Assembly: GCA_903916765.1 (NCBI GenBank)
Contig: CAIWXV010000128.1
Location: 18-64,017 of the forward strand
DNA: 64,000 nt
Reading direction: 5' to 3'
Source: an uncultured Dehalococcoidia bacterium
GTDB lineage: Bacteria; Chloroflexota; Dehalococcoidia; Dehalococcoidales; Fen-1064
The notes under the pieces were generated by a model that saw only the letters and a list, made by a program, of their open reading frames with translations, did not search any database and was not told the DNA's origin. Shown in pieces: positions 59,146-64,000 of the stretch (its first letter is position 1; every line of letters starts with the position of its first letter). The translations under genes and the position numbers were made by a program.

Positions 59146-60120
59146 ATGGTCAACGACATACAAGCAGATAAAGTCATAGCAGGAATGGATGTGATTAAAT
59201 GGCAAAAACTGACATGGATCGATATTAAACAGCCTAGTAAGGAAGCAATACAATATATCACTAATAATTATTCTTTTCACCCGCTCAACCTTGAAGATAG
59301 TTTAAGCACAATTCATTCACCGAAAATTGATGAATACGAAGATTACATTTTTGTAATCTTACATTTCCCAGTCTTGGATAAAGCTAGGCGAATAACTATC
59401 CCCAGCCAGGTAGCTATTTTTGTTGGAAAAGATTTTCTTGTGAGCATCCATTCAGGAAACCTAGAACCTCTCAATAATTTATCAATTACCTGTCATGGCG
59501 ATGACAAGGTTTGTAATGATTATCTGGGAAAAGATTCTTGTTATTTGCTGTATCGCATTGCAAATGCTCTGGTGGATTATTGTTTCCCAATTGTTGATGG
59601 TAGCCTATCCAATTTAGATAAAATAGAAGACAAGGTATCCGATCCTAAATCGGATATATCGCAAGAGATCTTAATACTTCGCCGCAATATCGCTGCCCAA
59701 CGCCGTATTATTAGGATGATGAGAGACGTTATAGCTCGATTAGAACCCAAATTGCATCGTTATACCGAAGCCGACCTTAAAGCGTATTTTGATGATCTTA
59801 ACGACCATCTGGATCATCTCTGGAATGACATCGAGGAATGTCATGAGACCATTGAAATTCATAAAGATAACTATTCGCTCCTCAGACAAGAAAGGAGTAA
59901 CAAGATTATGACAGTACTCACGATACTGTTTACAATCAGTTTGCCCGCTACTATACTCTCAACCTTTTTCGGCATGCATGTTAACATTCCCTGGGGTTCG
60001 GAGTCGGGAGGTTGGGTAGGCCCACTAGGAACCTACACGGCATTTATCATTATAGTAGTTGTGTCATTTCTTTTGGCGTTAGCAATGTTTTTGTTTTTCC
60101 GCCGCCGGCGATGGCTATAA
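59146..60120 (+). CDS. corA: CorA-family divalent cation transporter
   Basis: 324 aa with two C-terminal TM segments and the signature region FFGMHVNIPW (GMH instead of GMN). GAGAGGAG RBS. Confidence 0.8.
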   Translation: MVNDIQADKVIAGMDVIKWQKLTWIDIKQPSKEAIQYITNNYSFHPLNLEDSLSTIHSPKIDEYEDYIFVILHFPVLDKARRITIPSQVAIFVGKDFLVSIHSGNLEPLNNLSITCHGDDKVCNDYLGKDSCYLLYRIANALVDYCFPIVDGSLSNLDKIEDKVSDPKSDISQEILILRRNIAAQRRIIRMMRDVIARLEPKLHRYTEADLKAYFDDLNDHLDHLWNDIEECHETIEIHKDNYSLLRQERSNKIMTVLTILFTISLPATILSTFFGMHVNIPWGSESGGWVGPLGTYTAFIIIVVVSFLLALAMFLFFRRRRWL

Positions 60121-60273
60121 AACATACCAGTAAACCCGTAATCATTATCACTTCAAACTCAGGTCACATAAAAGTAGTTTCTTCCAATTAAAAGAAATTA
60201 AACTGCCGACCCATTCAAAGATTAACAAGATTCCCATCCCAAAGACGCCTACTATTAGTAAATCTTTAATATT

Positions 60274-60459
60274 TTATTGTTTGACTGGCCGTAATATAAA
60301 GTAAGAAAGAACAAAGATGTAAATAATACGGGTCGACATGCCAATTTGATGGGCAATCAAATTACCCCAATGTGGTTCATATACCAAGTTTATAAGTAGA
60401 AAGAAATTGATTGCCGAGAGAGCTATTGCGATGAACCAAAACCACATTGCTCTTCTCAT
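60274..60459 (-). CDS. hypothetical small membrane protein (possibly the first part of a gene interrupted by a stop)
   Basis: 61 aa with two hydrophobic segments. A further hydrophobic stretch continues in the same frame after the TAA. Confidence 0.3.
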   Translation of the reverse strand: MRRAMWFWFIAIALSAINFFLLINLVYEPHWGNLIAHQIGMSTRIIYIFVLSYFILRPVKQ

Positions 60460-60753
60460 TAAAATATTGCTGAAAAACGGTTTTCTTTCCGGTGAGGATT
60501 TTATTGAGGTATTTGTGATGCCGATGTCTACATGGACATATTAGTGAAGATTTTGTAAATCGTTCAACCCATACGTCTATGCCAATAACTGCAATCCCAG
60601 AAGGCAGAAATAGTTGGGTATGGTGAGATGGAGTAGGGATGAAATCACATCTTCAATATTTTCTGCAGGGCTTTATCCTGTGCTGGTGTAGAATCCATCT
60701 ACACGAGAAACACGGCGATTAGATTTACTGGAATGGATAGATTCAACGATTCT

Positions 60754-61422
60754 TTAGTACTTCGAAGCTCCGATTTCTTCCATCTTGCCGTTGATAATAA
60801 ATATCACGCGTTCGCAGATATTAGTGACCCTGTCGGCACTACGCTCCAGATTATGTGCAACCCAAATTAGACGTGTTGCCCGGGTGATAGTCTTAGGATC
60901 TTCTGACATAAAGAATAGCAGCTCTCGAAACACCTGGTCATAGAGGTTGTCAATGAGATCGTCTTCTCCTATAATCGCTTTGGCTGATTCAGCATCGCGT
61001 TTGATAAAGGCATCCAAGCTGCGATTCAACATATCGATAGTCTTTTCTGCCATGTGAGGAATATCAATCAATGGTTTTAGAGACGGCTCATTGCCAATCA
61101 TGATGGCAACCCTGGCGTTACCTTCTGCATAGTCGCCGATGCGTTCCAATTCGGTGATAATATTGAGCACAGAGATGATGGTGCGCAGGTCACTAGCCAT
61201 TGGTTGCTGGGTGGCAATCAACTGAACACATTTCTCCTCGATCTCAAAACGCTTTTGATTTATTTCCTGATCGTCGTTAATAATTTGCTGTGCTAGTTTC
61301 AAATCGCGATTCTGCAAAGCTTCAATAGCCCGCACAATCGCTTTACTCACCATACTGCCCATGACTAGGATATCATCCTGTATTTCCCGGAGTTTCTTAT
61401 GAAAGCTTGTTCTGATTTCCAT
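60754..61422 (-). CDS. phoU: phosphate signaling complex protein PhoU
   Basis: 222 aa with two PhoU repeats carrying E..D...E metal motifs (ELERIGDYA, NLERSADRV), positioned downstream of pstB. Confidence 0.92.
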   Translation of the reverse strand: MEIRTSFHKKLREIQDDILVMGSMVSKAIVRAIEALQNRDLKLAQQIINDDQEINQKRFEIEEKCVQLIATQQPMASDLRTIISVLNIITELERIGDYAEGNARVAIMIGNEPSLKPLIDIPHMAEKTIDMLNRSLDAFIKRDAESAKAIIGEDDLIDNLYDQVFRELLFFMSEDPKTITRATRLIWVAHNLERSADRVTNICERVIFIINGKMEEIGASKY

Positions 61423-61442
61423 TACTTCCCTCCTGTATTATA

Positions 61443-62294
61443 TTATCCAAAACGACCAGTAATGTAGTCTTCGGTCCTCTTTTCCCTGGGGTTGGTGAAG
61501 ATTTGGGATGTCGAACCATATTCCACCAATTCACCGGCTTTATCTGGTGCCATCATAAAAAAGACAGCCATATCAGAGACTCTTGCTGCCTGTTGCATAT
61601 TGTGGGTAACGATGACAATCGTATATTGTTCTGCCAGATTTCTCATTAAATCCTCGATTTTAAGTGTAGATGCAGGGTCAAGGGCACTGCACGGCTCGTC
61701 CAATAATATTATTTCTGGTTCCACTGCTATTGCCCGGGCGATGCAGAGGCGCTGTTGCTGTCCGCCGGAGAGAGATGCCCCGGACTGATTCAGTTTATCC
61801 TTTACTTCATCCCACAAGGCGGCCCGACGCAGACTCTTTTCGACAATTTCTTCTATCTCCCAGCGTTTACTAAAGAACCGAGTCAGTTTGAGTCCAGCAC
61901 CGACATTATCAAAAATCGACATCGTTGGGAAAGGCGCTGGTTTCTGAAAAACCATGCCAATACGCCGACGGAGAACAACCGGGTCAACATCTCTGGCGTA
62001 AATGTCTTTGTCATCCAGCAATACGCAGCCTTCCACGTGCCCGCCGTGCGATACTTCATGCATACGATTAAGACACCTGATAAAAGTAGATTTGCCACAA
62101 CCTGAAGGCCCGATAATAGATGTGATTGCCCGTGACTTGATAGTTAAACTGACATGTTTAATGGCCAGAGCGTTCCCATACCAGGCGCTCAAATCCTGAA
62201 CCTCTAGAATACCTTTTTGGTCCTTATGTTGATTGTGAGTGGTTTCCAGTTTTGGCAGTATATTTTCGTTAACCAGGTTATTTATCGTCATCAT
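61443..62294 (-). CDS. pstB: phosphate ABC transporter ATP-binding protein
   Basis: Walker [10 protein letters not shown], the LSGGQQQR signature, and Walker B ILLDEP. Confidence 0.95.
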   Translation of the reverse strand: MMTINNLVNENILPKLETTHNQHKDQKGILEVQDLSAWYGNALAIKHVSLTIKSRAITSIIGPSGCGKSTFIRCLNRMHEVSHGGHVEGCVLLDDKDIYARDVDPVVLRRRIGMVFQKPAPFPTMSIFDNVGAGLKLTRFFSKRWEIEEIVEKSLRRAALWDEVKDKLNQSGASLSGGQQQRLCIARAIAVEPEIILLDEPCSALDPASTLKIEDLMRNLAEQYTIVIVTHNMQQAARVSDMAVFFMMAPDKAGELVEYGSTSQIFTNPREKRTEDYITGRFG

Positions 62295-62324
62295 GTTTAC
62301 CTTTCCTGAATTATTTCTTGGTAT

Positions 62325-63167
62325 TTATATATGTTTGCGGTTGCTAATCCAACGCACCAGAATACTTATTCCCAGAACCAGTAATATCAGGAGAAAGGCT
62401 CCCGCCCACGCCTGTTGCTGCTGGTCACGATAAGGGGACAAAGCGTAATGATATATCTGAAGAGGCAACGCTCCAATTGGTTTCAGGAGTCCTTGCACGC
62501 CAAACTGGCTACCGAGCGCTGTAAATATCAGCGGTGCTGTTTCCCCGGCAATTCGGGCGACTGCCAGCATGATGCCAGTCATAATTCCGGTAAGAGCGCC
62601 GGGTATGATTACTCCCACCACTGCACGCCATCTGGTAATACCTAGCGCTAGTGCGGCCTCCCTCATGGAATTCGGGACCAAACGCAGTGACTCTTCAGCG
62701 GTTCGGGCGACAATAGGAACCATGATAATAGCTAATGCCACCCCTGCCGATATAGCGGAGTAAGAGTGCATCGGTTGGACTACAATGGCGTAGGCGAATA
62801 CACCGACCACGATCGAGGGTATGCCTGCCAGAATATCCGCTGCAAACCGAACGGCGGTTGCAACCTTCGGATTGGCGAACTCAGACACAAAAATACCTGC
62901 CATCAATCCCACTGGGATAGCCAGCACCGAACCCAATATTACCAGGATAAAGGTGCCGAATATCTCATTACGCATTCCGCCCCCGACTTCACCTACGGGC
63001 TTGGCGGCACTGATTAGAAAATTGATATTCATAGCGCCGATACCTCGTGCCAGCGTGTAGCCGAGAATCAGCGCTAGCATAATAATCGCCGAAGCTGCGG
63101 CAATGCCGCAGAGCCCGAGCATTATCCGGTTTAACCATTTTCGGCGTAAATATACTCGTTCAGACAT
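62325..63167 (-). CDS. pstA: phosphate ABC transporter permease PstA
   Basis: 280 aa, a six-TM permease with the EAA-like loop REAALALG.TRW. Confidence 0.9.
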   Translation of the reverse strand: MSERVYLRRKWLNRIMLGLCGIAAASAIIMLALILGYTLARGIGAMNINFLISAAKPVGEVGGGMRNEIFGTFILVILGSVLAIPVGLMAGIFVSEFANPKVATAVRFAADILAGIPSIVVGVFAYAIVVQPMHSYSAISAGVALAIIMVPIVARTAEESLRLVPNSMREAALALGITRWRAVVGVIIPGALTGIMTGIMLAVARIAGETAPLIFTALGSQFGVQGLLKPIGALPLQIYHYALSPYRDQQQQAWAGAFLLILLVLGISILVRWISNRKHI

Positions 63168-63169
63168 CT

Positions 63170-64000
63170 TTACTCCATTGTTCCTTTCACTGCAGTCATG
63201 CGCCAGAGCAGCACACGCGCAATAACATTAACCACCAGTGTAATGCCAAAAAGTATCAGCGCCAGTTCCATCAGACTCCCAACAAAAACTCCGCTGGAAG
63301 CTTCACTGAATTCATTGGCGATTTTGCTGGCAATAGTGCTGCCGGGTGAGAATAAAGAGGAGCTTATAGTGTACGAGTTGCCGATGACCATGGTTACCGC
63401 CATCGTTTCCCCTAGAGCGCGACCTAAACCTAAAATAACGGCGCCAACCAATCCAGAGCGGCAATTGGGAAGCACAGACTGACGGATCATCTCCCATCTG
63501 GTTGATCCCAGCGCGAGCATCGCTTCCCGCTGCTGGTCAGGGACAGCCCGCATGGCGTCCCGGCTCATCGCCGTGATAATCGGTAGGACCATAATGGCAA
63601 GAATAATACCGGCTGCAAGGAAACCAACACCGAACGGCGGACCCTGGAATAATGGCAGGAATCCCAACTTGCTGCCGAACCAACTTTCGATGGGTTTTCT
63701 GACAAATGGTACCAGTACAAACAAACCCCATAATCCGATAATCACGCTCGGAATAGCCGCAAGCATTTCAATAACAAAAGAAGCAGGACCTCTTAACCAT
63801 AATGGCGCCAGTTCAACCAGAAAAATGGCTGCCCCAAGGCTGAGCGGTACGGCAATCAATAAACCGATAGCTGAGCTTAATAATGTCCCGAAAATAGCCG
63901 GAAGGGCTCCAAATACGCTCCGTACTGCATCCCAAGATGAATTGCCGATAAAGGAAAACCCAAATTTATTTATCGCCGGCATCGCATTTATCGCTAGGAC
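63170..64000 (-). CDS. pstC: phosphate ABC transporter permease PstC, 5-prime end beyond window
   Basis: EAA-like loop REAMLALGSTRWE. The frame stays open upstream of the listed ATG (63982) to the window edge, and a first TM segment is missing. Confidence 0.85.
   Translation of the reverse strand, partial: VLAINAMPAINKFGFSFIGNSSWDAVRSVFGALPAIFGTLLSSAIGLLIAVPLSLGAAIFLVELAPLWLRGPASFVIEMLAAIPSVIIGLWGLFVLVPFVRKPIESWFGSKLGFLPLFQGPPFGVGFLAAGIILAIMVLPIITAMSRDAMRAVPDQQREAMLALGSTRWEMIRQSVLPNCRSGLVGAVILGLGRALGETMAVTMVIGNSYTISSSLFSPGSTIASKIANEFSEASSGVFVGSLMELALILFGITLVVNVIARVLLWRMTAVKGTME

Noticed and set aside
53666-60753. tRNA-associated genomic island (MFS transporter, IS remnant, permease, corA)
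   Set aside because: The region abuts the 5-prime/promoter side of the tRNA cluster, not a tRNA 3-prime end. I found no direct repeat of tRNA sequence and no tyrosine or serine integrase, only a DDE transposase remnant. The cargo is ordinary transporters.
1-64000. CRISPR arrays, rRNA genes, prophage or defence islands
   Set aside because: I saw no regularly spaced direct repeats, no rRNA-like conserved stretches, and no phage structural, integrase or known defence gene signatures. The stand-alone HNH gene (25569-26078) has no restriction, Cas or ATPase partner beyond the replication loader upstream.

Overview
This is a 64-kb, densely coding bacterial chromosomal window of moderate GC content, read with genetic code 11 (TGA is used as a stop). 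Most of it is housekeeping. Conserved blocks:
- rplI-dnaB-dnaD-dnaI-like
- holB-ricT
- nusA-ylxR-infB-rbfA-truB
- tRNA-Thr/Tyr/Thr-tuf-rpmG-secE-nusG-rplKAJL
- pstCAB-phoU (pstC runs off the 3-prime edge)

Other recognisable genes are mfd, uvrA, proB/proA, rph, plsX, trxB, lysA, pyrF, purA, GTP-type PEP carboxykinase and ADP-forming acetyl-CoA synthetase-like genes. The gene order and content (DnaD/DnaI-type loader, RicT, GTP-PEPCK) suggest a monoderm-type lineage such as Chloroflexota/Dehalococcoidia. That placement is inference only.

I saw no rRNA, no CRISPR array and no recognisable defence island.

Observations most worth a second look:
1. A DnaC/DnaI-like helicase loader carries two tandem AAA+ modules. 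The duplication is visible at the DNA level.
2. An uncharacterised three-gene module (DUF2089-like HTH, membrane protein, SHOCT-like protein) has a strong promoter overlapped by a perfect 10-bp inverted repeat. An unlisted 49-aa membrane peptide follows it.
3. An OmpR-family response regulator is broken by five +/-1 indels. One compensated pair rewrites the phospho-acceptor segment.
4. A promoter plus intrinsic-terminator leader lies directly upstream of nusA, and rimP is absent.
5. An ino1 / PimA-like glycosyltransferase / PIP-synthase-like cluster is present.
6. Further disruptions: a frameshifted DUF951 gene, an APC permease lacking a start codon next to an IS481-like remnant, and an in-frame stop in a small membrane ORF.

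Several small genes below the ORF-track cutoff were found by eye: rpmG, a 50-aa zinc ribbon and a 49-aa TM peptide. All homology calls come from motif recognition by eye; no database search was run.
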